A stretch of DNA of 64,000 nt from Stegostoma tigrinum (taxonomy: Eukaryota). Position 1 is the stretch's first letter, and each line of letters opens with the position of its first letter. The DNA lies in assembly GCF_030684315.1 (NCBI RefSeq), contig NC_081401.1, positions 3,668,582 through 3,732,581 on the forward strand. The letters run 5' to 3'. Of this stretch, positions 38,243 to 50,672 are shown piece by piece. The position numbers were made by a program, and so were the translations under genes. A model generated the notes under the pieces. It did no database searches, was not told the origin of the DNA, and worked only from the letters and a program-made list of their open reading frames with translations.

Positions 38243-38309
38243 ATGCATATTACAGTACGAATTGTCAGGAAAATATATTATACTATCCTTACTGTAATTG
38301 GTTCTACTG
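38243..38309 (+). CDS. Orphan first coding exon of a fourth GPR139-like gene (partner exon not found)
   Basis: MHITVRIVRKIYYTILTVIGST followed by a phase-1 donor G|GTAAGT. Length, IYY.IL motif and phase match exon 1 of copies 2 and 3. Confidence 0.75.
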
Positions 38310-38377
38310 GTAAGTGTTTACTAGTTTCGAAGCTGTTTAATTCTCTGCATGCATGACTTCTGATTTGCACAGCAGCA

Positions 38378-38540
38378 TCATATGTTGTGGAACTGGATGA
38401 ACACTGAAGGCTAAGTGGCATCAGAGGAGTAGGAAAGCTGATGTTTCGGGCCGAGCCCCGAGTAGAGGAAACTTTTGAATTCACCCAGCTCTACGCCTTG
38501 TTCTCGCAAATTCTCCAGCATCAGCAGTTCCTACTAGCTC
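38378..38540. mobile_element. Short rearranged PLE family-1 pseudo-LTR remnant (inverted arm plus tail)
   Basis: 'ctggatgaacac..ctgatgtttcgggcc' followed by 'ttctccagcatcagcagttcc'. Confidence 0.6.
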
Positions 38541-39955
38541 CTGGCATCATACGCTATTTGCTGATCATACTAATACCAGTGGCACGGTACTGTTGTTACT
38601 TTTGCACCATTTCCAGACTTATCTGTGGAATGGCATGCTTTTTTTGCCCCTGAAAAATGCCTGTCGAGCTCAAATGTTTCTGACGTAAATGTTGTTGGCA
38701 TGTGTGTGACTTTTTGCATATCAATGTAATATTTCTTTCAGTAAGACCAGGCACAGGGCGAGGAAACTCCCTGAGGGCAGCTCTCACTGTGAGTTTATAA
38801 ATGTTAAATTGTCGTGAGTGTGGCCAGAAATGGACTGCGACATAAACGAGCAAAAATTTTGTTGCTGTATGGAACTCTGTGGGTGAGTGACTGTCTTGAA
38901 TCGAACAGACTTTGGAAACTATGTGTTTGCTGGTGTTCTGTCACTGTTAAATTATATTCAGTGTGGGACATCATTTTACTCTAAACCTAAGCAGATGCAG
39001 TGACTTGCTGATAGCATTTTCTGATCCTATATAATCTTATTCCTGGTGCATAATTCTAAGTATAATTGGGTGGCATGCACACTGCTTTTTCAAAATAAAC
39101 GAACAGCAGTAAACAGATATGAATAGAGATGCCAGAGATTTCTGAATACGCATGGTTGGAACTTTGCAGAATACGAACGAAGTATTAAAGTTTTATGAGT
39201 CTCAATCAATTCCACACCACTTGACTCTATCTGCACAGCATAATTACATGACAATCTCCTTCAGTTTCTCCCAAATGATCTCTTATTCTCCACGTGGTAT
39301 CAATGGCAAACCTCCTCAAGTAAATCATTAGCAGGGTGACCTCGGGACAGGTCTCAGTGAGGGGTTCTGAGTATCAATGTGGACTTGTTGGCCTGAAGCA
39401 CCTGTTTCCACCCTGTAGGGATTCGACAATGATTCTATGATAATGATTCTATTTTCTGTATTCTTTGATTTATTGTTGTCAGTTTGTTGGTGACTGTCAG
39501 ATTCAATCCAGAATGCACCACTCTCACAGGTTCTCTACGTTCAGTGTTAAAACCACAAGATAGTTCAAGGTTCACCTGATCACCACACAGAATTCCCGAA
39601 CACCGGAATAACAGAAATGACTGCTCACTGTTCCCTAATTCATATGAACGCACTGTTGTAGAATGATGTGTATACCGGATATGCACAGACAGTCGATACA
39701 ACACCATCGTTTTTCTGATTCTTTGAAGATCACAAAACAGTCTAATTCTCCAGCTGAGTCATTGAATGTTGTGTGCAGAATAATAAAACCACAGTCATCT
39801 AATAATACTTCATTCGGACTACACCATCCAATCAAACCTATTTTCCGTCAGCTTAAGAGATAATGGGAACTGCAGATGCTGGAGAATCCTAGATAATAAA
39901 GTGTGAAACTGAATGAACACAGCAGGACAAGCAGCATCTCAGGAGCACAAAGGCT

Positions 39956-39983
39956 GACGTTTCGGGCCTACACTCCACATCAG
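39956..39983 (-). ncRNA. Hammerhead motif in the inverted pseudo-LTR (core mutated)
   Basis: Minus strand CTGATGT-GGAGTGTAGGCCC-GAAACGTC; the A9 position is changed. Confidence 0.5.
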
Positions 39984-42289
39984 AGAGGGGGATGGGGTGA
40001 GGATTCTGGAATAAATCGGGAGAGAGAGGGAAGCAGACCGAAGATGGAGAGAAAAGAAGATAGGTGGAGAGGAGAGTATAGGTGGGGAAGTAGGGAGGGG
40101 ATAGGTCAGTCCAGGGAAGACGGACAGGCCAAAGAGGTGGGATGAGGTTAGAAGGTAAGAAATGGAGGTGCGGCTTGAAGTGGGAGGAAGGGATGGGTGA
40201 GAGGAAGAACAGGTTAGGGAGGCAGAGACTGGCTGGGCTGGTTGTGTGATGCAATGGGGGTAAGGGACGAACTGGGTTGGTTTTGGGATGCGCTGGGGGA
40301 AGGGGAGATTTTGAAGCTCCCACCCACAGCCTCCAACCTTATTATTCCCCAACCCGACACGGCCCGTTACTCTCTCCTTCCCAAAATCCACAACCCTGCC
40401 TGTCCTGGTCGACACATTGTCTCAGCCTGTTCCTGCCCCACCGAACTCATCTCCACCTTTCTGGACTCCATTTTCTCCCCGTTGGTCCAGGAACTCCCTA
40501 CCTACGTCCGTGACACCACCCACGCCCTCCACCTCCTCCAGAACCTCTAATTCGCTGGCCCCCAACACCTCATTTTCACGATGGACGTCCAGTTCCTATA
40601 CACCTGTATTCCACATGCAGATGGCCTCAGGGCCCTCCGCTTCTTCCTGTCCCGCAGGCCCGACCAGTCCCCCTCCACCGACACCCTCATCCGCCTAGTC
40701 GAACTCGTGGTCATCCTCATCAACTTCTCTTTCGATTCTTCCCACTTCCTACAGACAAAGGGCGTGGCCATGGGCACCCGCATGGGCCCCAGCTATGCCT
40801 GCCTCTTTGTAGGTTACGTGGTCCCTCCTCCGCACTTACACAAGCCCCAAACCCCACCACTTCCTCCGTTACATTGATGACAGTATCGGCGCTGCCTCTT
40901 GCTCCCCAGAGGAGCACGAATAGTTCATCCACTTCACCAACACCTTCCACCCCAACCGTCAGTTCACGTGGGCCATCTCCAGCACATTCCTCACCTTCCT
41001 GGACCTCTCAGTTTCCATCTCAGGCAACCAGCTTGTAACTGATGTGCACTTCAAGCCCACCAACTCCCACAGCTACCTAGAATACACCTCCTCCCACCCA
41101 CAATCCTGCAAAAATTCCATCCCCTATTCCCAATTCCTCCGCCTCTGCCGCATCTGCTCCCACGATGAGGCATTCCACACCCGCACATCCCAGATGTCCA
41201 AGTTCTTCAAGGACCATAAATTTCCCCCCACAGTGGTCGAGAAAGCCCTTGACCGCATCTCCCACATTTCCCACAACAGATCCCTCACACCCCACCCCCG
41301 CCACAACCGCCCAAAGAGGATCCCCCTCATTCTCACACATCACCCCACCAACCTCTGGATACAACGCATCATCCTCCGACACTTTCGCCATCTACAATCC
41401 GACCCCACCACCAAAGACATTTTTCCATCCCCACCCTTGTCTGCTTTCTGGCGAGACCACTCTCTCCAAGGCTCCCTTGCGCGCTCCACACTGGCCTGCA
41501 ACCCCACCACACCCGGCACCTTCCCCTGCAACCGCAGGAAATGCTACACTTGCCACCACACCTCCTCACTCACGTCTATCCAGGCCCCAAGATGACTTTC
41601 CATATTAAGCAGGGGTTCACCTGCACATCTGCCAATGTGGTTTAATGTCTCATTTGTACCCAATATGGCCTCCTCTACATTGGGGAAACCAAGTGGAGGC
41701 TTGGGGACTGCTTTGCAGAACCCCTCCGCTCGGTTTGCAATAAACAACTGCACCTCCCCGTCGCGAAACATTTCAACTCCCCCTCCCATTCTTTACATGA
41801 CATGTCCATCATAGGCCTCCTGAAGTGCCACAATGATGTCACCCGAAGGTTGCAGGAACAGCAACTCATATTCCGCTTGGGAACCCTGCAGCCCAATGGT
41901 ATCAATGTGGACTTCACCAGCTTCAAAATCTCCCCTTCCCCCACCGCATCCCAAAACCAACCCAGTTCGTCCCCTCCCCCCACTGCATCACACAACCAGC
42001 CCAGCTCTTCCCCTCCACCCACTGCATCCCAACATCAGCCCAGCCTGTCTCTGCCTCCCTAACCTGTTCTTCCTCTCACCCACCCCTTCCTCCCACCACA
42101 AGCCGCACCTCCATTTCTAACCTCCTAATCTCCTCCCACCTCGTTGACTTGTCCGTCTTCACTGCACTGACCTATCCCCTCCCTACCTCCCCACCTATAC
42201 TCTCCTCTCCACCTATCTTCTTTTCTCTGCAAATTCGGTCCGCCTCCCCCCTCCCTATTTATTCCAGAACCCTCACACCATCCCCCTCT

Positions 42290-42317
42290 CTGATGAGGGG
42301 TGTAGGCCCGAAACGTC
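42290..42317 (+). ncRNA. Hammerhead motif in the 3' pseudo-LTR
   Basis: CTGATGA-GGGGTGTAGGCCC-GAAACGTC. Confidence 0.7.
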
Positions 42318-42549
42318 AACCTTTGTGCTCCTGAGAATCTGCTTGGCCTGCTGTGTTCGTCCAGCTTCACACTTTATTATCTTCCTTCAGCTTAATGCAT
42401 TCATACATCTGTTTCAAAGGCTACAGGGACTGATCCAAGGACGATGGGATCAGGTAGCACCAGAAATTATCGAGCACGAATGAATAAGCTCATCCTTGGA
42501 ACAGTTCCTACCACCACAGAGCTATACCAAGCATAATTATTGTTCGTAA

Positions 42550-43170
42550 TTCCTTGAAGGTGAAGTGCCAGGTAAATAGAATCGTCAGGTATCTGCTTGA
42601 TATGCATGCCCTTATTGGTCAGTTCACTGAGTGTCGCGGTTGGGAGGTCATGTTACTCTGCAGAACATTGGCAAGGCTGCTTTTGGAATGCTTCATACAA
42701 TTCTGCTCTAAGATAACAAAGTGTGGTGCTGGATGAACACACGCAGGCCGAGCAGCATCTTAGGAGAAAAAAGCTGACGTTTCGCGCCTAGACCCTTCTG
42801 CTCTCCCAGCTTTCAGGAGGATGATGTGAAATTTGAAACGGTTCAGAAAAGGTATACAATCGTGTTGCCATGTTTGGAGGGTTTGAGCTACAGGGAGAGC
42901 TGAATAGTTTGGGTCCATTTTCCCTGAGGCTTCGAAGGCACAAGAGTGAGCTTACTAAGGTTCATAAAGTCATGAGGAGTTTGGATAGGGTCGATAGAAA
43001 TTTGAAGCATTAAAAACATCTGGACCGGGATATGGACAGATTGGCTCGAGATGGATGTCGTCCAAATGTTGGCAAATGACACTAGATTTATTTAGGATAC
43101 CTCGCCAGCATTGACAGGTGGGAGCAAAATGCCTGCTTCAGTGCTGTCAATCTCCATGACTGTACGACTG
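42550..43170 (+). mobile_element. CR1 3' fragment interrupted by an 86-bp PLE piece (42710-42795)
   Basis: RTLARLLLECFIQFC and ETVQKRYT remnants. The insert is flanked by TTCTGCTCT at 42701-42709 and 42796-42804. Confidence 0.75.
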
Positions 43171-43194
43171 TAACCGTATCTTCAGCAGTTCCCA

Positions 43195-43455
43195 CAATTG
43201 CCTCACAGCACCAAGGTCAGGGATTATATTAAATCCTCAGGGCATTGTCAGCATGGATTTTGCACATTCTCCTCCTTGGCGTTCCTCTGGGCCACTCTGG
43301 GCACAGTTTGCAGGGATGTGCAGGTTCAGTGTATTAACCATGGGAACTGCAAACTTATGGGGCTGGTTGTGTGGGCGATGCCTCTGAATAGGATGCTCTT
43401 CAGAGTGTTCTGTCAGTGCAGATTGGCTGAATGGTCTCTTCTTGCACTGTAGGCA
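43195..43455 (+). mobile_element. HE1-type SINE (internally deleted)
   Basis: 'tgcctcacagcaccaagg', 'tttgcacattctc', 'cagggatgtgcaggtt', 'gcactgtagg'. Confidence 0.7.
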
Positions 43456-43474
43456 TTATTTGACTCTCCCTGCC

Positions 43475-43860
43475 CGGTTTTGTGTGAACCCAGTATCACG
43501 CACATTAGACATCCATTCATTGAAGCCATTTATACTTCCCACTGTCTAGAGAAAGCAGGCAACAGCATCGAAGATGCCTCCTACCCCGGTTCTACTCTCA
43601 TCCATCCTCTTCTGGCGGGCAGGGGATCAAATGTTGGAATTTGTGTGCAAATAGATGCAAGAACAGCTTTCTCCCTGCTGACACCAGACTTCTGAACGAC
43701 CACTCAAACCCTAAACTTCATGTCTCTCTGCACCTTCTCTGAAGCTGTCAAATTGTATTCTTCGCAATGTTCTATTATCCAGATGTGCTCTGATGGTATG
43801 ACCTGCCTGTATAGCACCTTTCATGGTATCTCAGTACATGTGGCAATGCCAATAAATCTC
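43475..43860 (+). mobile_element. Rex1/Babar-type LINE 3' fragment
   Basis: IEAIYTSHCLEKAGNSIEDASYPGSTLIHPLLAGR..KNSFLPADTRLLN resembles the Rex1 C-terminal motif (DPSHP..LF..LPSGRR..SFFP). Confidence 0.7.
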
Positions 43861-44949
43861 ACCTAAATGTATACCGAGTGTGTTTGATCATAAGATGTAT
43901 TTATAAATGTGTTGCAAGAATGTCCTTTATCATAAATTCTAACATGTTTCCAGTGACAAACGGAAAGCTCACTGTTGTTGTGTTGTGTTTACCTTCTGAA
44001 GTTTTGATATCCGGATGCTTGCCGTTTCCAGTCCTGTAGAAGGCAGAATCATCAAGCCCTTGACAGTGTGCAAAGAGATGTACCAGAAAAATACACAAGA
44101 ATTTTAGAAACGAGGACAATCAGAGAAAATGGACTTATTCTCCCTGGACCAGACATGATTCAGAGGTTACCTGAACAAGGTGTTAAAAATCATGAACAAT
44201 TTTGACTGGATGAAGAAGGATGTTTTATTTCGATTTGTTGCTATGTCCTTATGTTGAGGATCTCACTTTCAAGAATATCAGCAAGAGAGGTGGGATTGAG
44301 ACGAGGAAAAAATTCTTTCTGGGAAAGGTGTTTAGGAGTTAGACGGAGCTGTCTGAGAGACTACTGGAGAGAGGTTCCAGAGGACCTTTCAAAAGAAACC
44401 TGGTATATATTTCAAAGGGTTGAATTGAGGGCGTAACGGCGATAGGGCTGGAGAATGGGACCAGTTGGGCATCTCTTTCGGGAGCAGGTACAGATACAAT
44501 GGCTTGAATGACCTCATCCTGAACTGTAAAATCCTATGATTCTCTGCTATTAAATTCTGGAATGATGTAATGACAGCAGGCCCAATTGTAAGCAGTATTG
44601 AGGCAACAAAATCATTCCAATTTACTCATCTCTTTTTGGGAAGGAATTCTGCGACTCAACCGCGTCTGGCATCCAAGGGGCTGCAAATTCATAGTGATAT
44701 AATAACTCTTTGTTCAATTACGGGCTGACACTAAATCATGCACAGAGTCAGTGACGCCCGCAGGCCATGAAATATTTTCTGAAATAAAATTAAAATATTC
44801 ATCTGAGCTGCAGCAGGCTATTTCAGGCTGTGGTCTCATTAAGTCAAAGATTTACCTGGATTATGGAACAGAGTAACTGCGAATTGCAGCTCTGCCTGGT
44901 TGGGACGAAGAGTTCAAGCGTAAATCATAACATTGTCTTTTTGACAGAG

Positions 44950-45545
44950 AAACGTGGACACTGTGAGCAGGAATAGGTTACTTAAACCTTCAGGACTGCT
45001 ACACCATTCAATATAATCTTGCCAAATCGTTCAACTCAGTATCCTATTCCTGTTTTCTCCCCCGCCCCTTTGATCCATCGGGCCAAAAAACATTTCTAAC
45101 TCCTTCATAAAATTCAACGTTTTGGCGTCAACAGCTTTCATTGGCAAATAGCTCCATCGGCTCCCCACTCTCTGGGTGAAGAAATTTCTCGTGCCTGAGT
45201 CGGAAACGGCTACCCCTGTTTCTCTTAGACCGTCATCCCTTTGGTTATGATCTCCTCTGGTCATCAGGAATATCTTTCCTGCTTTTTTCCTGTCTAGTCT
45301 TTTTCACATTTTACGGAATTAAGCCATTCAGCCCCTCGAGCCTTTTCCACGAGTCAATGAGATCATGGAGAAAACAGGACTCATTTGTGCAATCTCTCCA
45401 AGTAACGCAACCCCTGATGTCCAGCGTCATTCCTTTGAACCCACATTTTGCTTTGTCCAAGTCCAACATCTCTTGCTAAGGTCGGGTTCTCAGATCTGCT
45501 CACGGTACTGTAAGTGGGATGTAAACAGTGCATTGTATAATTGCA
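44950..45545 (-). mobile_element. CR1 3' fragments, degraded
   Basis: Minus-strand RNFFTQRVGSRWSYLP..AVDAKTL. Confidence 0.65.
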
Positions 45546-45729
45546 GCATATCTTCTGCAGGCTTTCAATTCAGCCCTCCAGTATTCCCTGTGCTGCTGTG
45601 ATTACTTTCTGTATAATTCCCCCGCTAATCCTGTATTTTTCACCCCTCCCCTGCATAATCTGTGGTATTGTCCCGCTATTGCTACCCCGTAAAAGATTGA
45701 CCAATTTGTGTCATGGATGATGTGGTGGT

Positions 45730-46135
45730 GCGGAAGACCAAACCACGCGAAGGTGCTTAATCTAGACCCGAAGCTAAAATCCTCTGAGGATGCAGTTTGG
45801 AATTGCATCGATGCCAATGGAGATATTTGAATTCAGTAAAATTCTGGAGTGAATTGTGGCCGAAAGCTGACCAACTGTGGATAGTTATGAATAACTCCCT
45901 CTGATTCGCCAAATAAACTTGAGGAAAGGAAACCTGTTTGCATGAGACTACAGACGCATAGCACTGTGGTTATGACTCACCTGTTCCGTCTCCATAAGTT
46001 TCGACCGGCCCACATCAATGTGGTTGCTACTGACCTGCTGTGGGTCTACATGTGACTCCAGACCAACAGCACTGTGGCTATCACTGGCCTGCCCTGTCTG
46101 TACGTGTGACTGCAGGCCCAGAGAATTGTGATTAC
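45730..46135 (+). mobile_element. Second-family SINE ending in four diverged ~53-bp tandem units
   Basis: Head 'ttgaattcagtaaaattctgga..ggaaaggaaacctg'. The unit 'catgtgactccagaccaacagcactgtgg' recurs at ~45941, ~45993, ~46049 and ~46102. Confidence 0.6.
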
Positions 46136-47560
46136 ATTCGACATATTGTGTCTCGACATGTGGCTGTCATATTGAGAGATTGAGGGAGAGAGAGAGAGGG
46201 CAGGAGCGAGAGTGAGAGTGAGGGAGGAATAGAGAGATTTGAGGGAGGGATAGAAAGAATGAGCGATCTTGAGCAGTTTGCCTCCAGGTCATGAGAAATA
46301 TCTAAATCTTTGGCGAGCATAAAAGTGGAAAAATTGTCAGAGAACAATCCATGTTCGCTGCATTCTCTCTCTGAGTTCCTCAGAGCCTCACTGATCTGGC
46401 TGAAGGATGTGTGCTCTTTGTGTACACCTTGAATTGGAGGCCGATCTGCAGTTAATAACTAATCCAGGCAGGGCAGCCTGACTCCATTTCTCGCATCTTA
46501 AAGAGACAGCATACCAACATGGAGCAGTATTTACAGGAAACAAAGACTGAATGAGCTCTCACTCATTATTTCTTTCTTTCCCCACCATCCCCACACCCCC
46601 TCCACTTCAGTCGAGAGACCAGAAAGGTAAAAAAAATGACAAATCATAACTTAGGTTGAAAGTAAAACAAATTCTTCCCCAGTTCATGAAGAATGCATTG
46701 AAGAGAATCGGGCCAAATGGTCCGTTATGTCCATGCAGATCTTGATGTTTCCCTGTCACCCACAGCCATCTTACCTCATCTAAATCCACTATACAACCCT
46801 CCACTCCCTTCCGTATCATCAGTTTATTCAGTTTCCTCAAACGCCCAACTAAATATATTTTGACTATTCACCTGGACCCTTTCCTGTGGGATCAAATCAC
46901 CCCACACTCCGGTACACACGTTTCTACAGAATTCGTGAGTGGATTTGAGCGAGGCATCTTCATCTGAGAGCTCCTCCCACTTTCCCAAAACTTGAGATAC
47001 ACTCTTCCCCGGGAAGGGACGAAACATTCTGTGCATGTAACCCATTAAACTATTCCCTGATGGTAGAGGCGTCTACAACAGTGCCCCTCAGAGCATTCAC
47101 TCTCTCCACCCAGCCACTCCCTCCGGCTGTTTCTATTTCTTTCTCACATGGATCATGGGACTCTGAACTGAACACAGATTCTGCATTCTCTGGGCTGTGG
47201 TAGACTGGCTGGTGGGAATGTGCGACCATCTGTATTTCTCACATGGTGATGCATAGCGGCAGTGGGTTCAAACATCATCTGCCTGTGGCAGAAACACCGT
47301 CCTGCCTGCTTTAATCACACACCACTACTTGCAACCATACCGAACACCACCACTTGCTCTGACAGCTCATTCTGTACATGCACCGCCCTCTCTTTGCAGC
47401 ACTTGTTTTTCAGCTCCCGCTCTCCTTCAGACTGAGAGATTGAACAACACTCCCTCCGACTTCCAACTGCAGTGTATGACCCTTGCTATTGACATTTATG
47501 TGAGATGATTGTGTGACCTGTTGCGGTGGCACAGAGAGAGAGTGATCAGACAATTTTGCC

Positions 47561-47681
47561 TGTGTTACAGTTCGATTCCCATGAACGTTTGTAAATTGCC
47601 AGCTGCCAGATCAAACCTGGTTGTGTTACAGTTCGATTCCCATGAACGTTTGTAAATTGCCAGCTGTCAGATCAAGCCTGG
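47561..47681. repeat. 61-bp tandem duplication
   Basis: tgtgttacagttcgattcccatgaacgtttgtaaattgccagctg(c/t)cagatcaa(a/g)cctgg at 47561 and 47622. Confidence 0.95.
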
Positions 47682-50672
47682 ATGCTGTCCAGATTATGTT
47701 GCATTTGAATATGCCGTGTTTCAAAACTTGAGGAATCATAGATGAATATATGAATAGATGAAAGCATAGATGAATATATGCTGAATATTGTATGAAAATC
47801 GGTGAACATCCCAATTTTTGACCTCGTGATGGCCACCAATCTGACCCTGGAAAGGAGGGGCTGTGGTAGACGACTATCTCCCCTAATGAAGAGAAGTTGA
47901 GTGGGCTCCGAAGTGGAATCCTTGGAGTCTGTAAAAATGAGTTGACACTTACTTAAAGCATTTCGGAATCTTATGAGACTGGACAGTGTAGATGTGAACA
48001 GGTTGAGCCGAGTTAGGCCTGTACTCATTGGAGGTGAGAAAAGTAAGACGAAACCTTATTGTTACATGCACGGTTCTTATTGCACTTTAAAAGGTAGATG
48101 TGCAGAGAAAAAGGATGTGCTGGGTCAAAGGGCCTCTTCCATTGCTCTGACTCGGTCCATGAGAAATGAACACAGACCAGAAGTGGTATAAATGCAGTGA
48201 ATGTTATTTACACCAATTCAGGAAGCAGTGGTCTGGCCGTTCTTTGATAGAGACACAGTCGAGGAAGACTGCATTTAATATCAAGCAGAACTCCGTGCTG
48301 GTCACTCTTCTGCAATGGGATCTCACAAAGACTTGCAAAACTTCAAGAGCAGGAAACGCTTGCGATTCATTTCCTCCTCATTGTCTGTTCTCGCTCTGAG
48401 CCTGCATCTCCCATTTACCATCCTATAGCCAAAGGGTAGGTCTGGGAGGAAGAAGAGAGGAAGAGATCACAAAATAACCTAATGGTGTGGTACAGAAGGA
48501 GGCTGATAGTTCCATTACGCCTGTGTTTCAGTTCGACTCCCTTGAGTGAATCTCCTGACACCCCCTCCAATTCCTGCATACAGCGTTCCCCAGTAAACAT
48601 CCAAGGTTCTTCTTGAATGCCTCCATCATTGATGAACAGAACTTTGCCTTTAAGCCACACATCTGAATGAACAGAGCTACACTTAGGGACAGCATTGTGG
48701 GGCATTGTTCTGCAACATAACGCTAAAGCACCTATGAGCCATACGCTGGCATTGGAGCCAGTCCAGAGATGGTTCATGAGGGCTGGTCCCAGGGAGGGAA
48801 CGACTTTCTTAAGAGGAGAAGTTGGGGTGGGATGGACCTGGACACTTCAGAGTTATGAAGAATGAGATGACACCTTATTGAAACACACTAGATTCTTCGC
48901 GGACAGATGGGTAGATGTGGAGACGTTATTTTCTCATTGAGGGGGAGTCTAAGACGAGAGGGCAATCGCTTCAGCTAAATGGCCACTTAAGAGAGAGATG
49001 AGGAGGAATTCCTTCTTAGAGGGTAGTATCTCTTTGGTGTTCCTTGCCACAGATAGTTTTGGAAGCTGGTTCACTCGAATAATGTTAAAACGAATAAGGG
49101 GAGAAACGGTTAGGGGACAAGGCAGGGAAGTGGACTGGAAGACAATTGAATCATCCATGACATCATTCGGTAATGGAGCAGACTTGAATGACCAACTATC
49201 CTAAATCTCCCACCATCTATTATGGGATTATGCATAGATTGTGAAAAATAAAATGTGCTGCCACGTCACACTTATTAAACTCAGAAGAGATAATTGAGTT
49301 TTCAATGAGGCGTACCATCAGATATTGATATAAGTGAGCAGAGCACTGCTCTAAAAGTTTGGTTTGAAAGACGGAGGGAGTGAGGAGTGAAGAATTCGGT
49401 ATGGAATTTGACTGCTGGCAGCCAGGTGGCTCATGACGATTCGCCTCATGACCAGATCCTGGGGAACACAGATCTCGAGAAGAGCTTTCGGGCATCAAGA
49501 GGTTACAGAGAGACAGAAGGACTAATGAGCCAGAACGATTTGAGACAAGTAGCATAATGAAACCCAAATATCGCAGGCACACATGTATGGAATAGTAGGA
49601 CAAGGAGAGAAAAGACTGAATAGTCTCATTCTTTTGCCACCCCACCCCCTTCCCCTCATCTATCTCAACAGAGTAGAGGCTAAGTAGGTTGGTGCTGGAA
49701 ATCGGAAGACTCTGATGGAAAGATGCAACAGGTCTGGCAGCATTTGTGAGATATAAACACAGAGAAGCTGAGTCCATGATTCCAGCCCACTTTGTTTCCT
49801 CATCGGAATACCTTCACAATAAGAATTTAAAATGTGTGCAGGCCTTCCCACCTCAGACACTGCCAGACCGGCTCAGGGATTCACCAGCATTCTCCATGTC
49901 CAAAGGGCATTTTCAACTTCGACAGTCATCCACCGTTGCTTGTCTCTATCAACAGCGCTCGGCTTTGCCATAATCAGTGTCACGAGCAGGAATATAAATG
50001 CTTTTGCCATCCCCTGCTGATTACGGTCCAGACACAATGTGAGGTGCAGCAACACTGGACTGTGTTACATGAACAAACAGAGAGTTTGATCGCTAATCAT
50101 CACACACCTACTGCAGGCATACCCCCACCTTCAACGAGTTAAAGGGACAAGCCAACGAGTGTGCCCTGTGCGGATGGGGGAATTGTGCAGGAATGTGGTA
50201 ATGTTCCACAGACCTGTATGTCGCTCTCCCAGCACACATCAGTAGCTGTTGCTGCCTGGGGGGGCCTGTCAAACTTTTGAATTCTGGCACTGAATTTCTG
50301 TCCTAACGCACTGGTGGATCCAATGGACCAAAGGAGGCTCTCCCCGAGTGCGCTGTCAGCAGGTTTAAACTTTTGGAACCTTTTCGTACCACCTCAGCCA
50401 ACCACCTTCAAGGTTTTTTTTCTCATTTGTTTGGAGAAGTTTTGTTGACAATAAGTGTTGAGATGATTGCCATGTGTTCCAAGGGAAAATTTTTTAAAAT
50501 GCAGCCAGGGAACGTGATGAACTGTTCATTTAAACCGTCTTAACAACTGTTCCGACTGGCTGGGCCACCTTCAGAAAATCATGTTCCTGAACCCTGAGGG
50601 TCTCTATGGCCCTGTACTTCCCATACATTTTTTTTACCATTGCGCCTGTATTGCCTGTCGATCTTTCTTCTA

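Larger units (their letters stand above)
39857..42381 (+). mobile_element. Penelope-like element (family 1): inverted pseudo-LTR, RT, Cys linker, GIY-YIG, pseudo-LTR; ORF disrupted
   Basis: LPKIHNPACPGRHIVS, TMDVQFLYT, QTKGVAMGTRMGPSYACLF, FLRYIDD (40861-40881), KPTNSHSYL, CNRRKCYTC, LYIGET. Stops at 40548 and 40921. TSD ttcc(g/t)tcagcttaa at 39843-39856 and 42382-42395. Confidence 0.95.

Noticed and set aside
49220-49777. 185-aa minus-strand ORF
   Set aside because: It starts in a repeat remnant, has no recognisable domain, and has no splice support.
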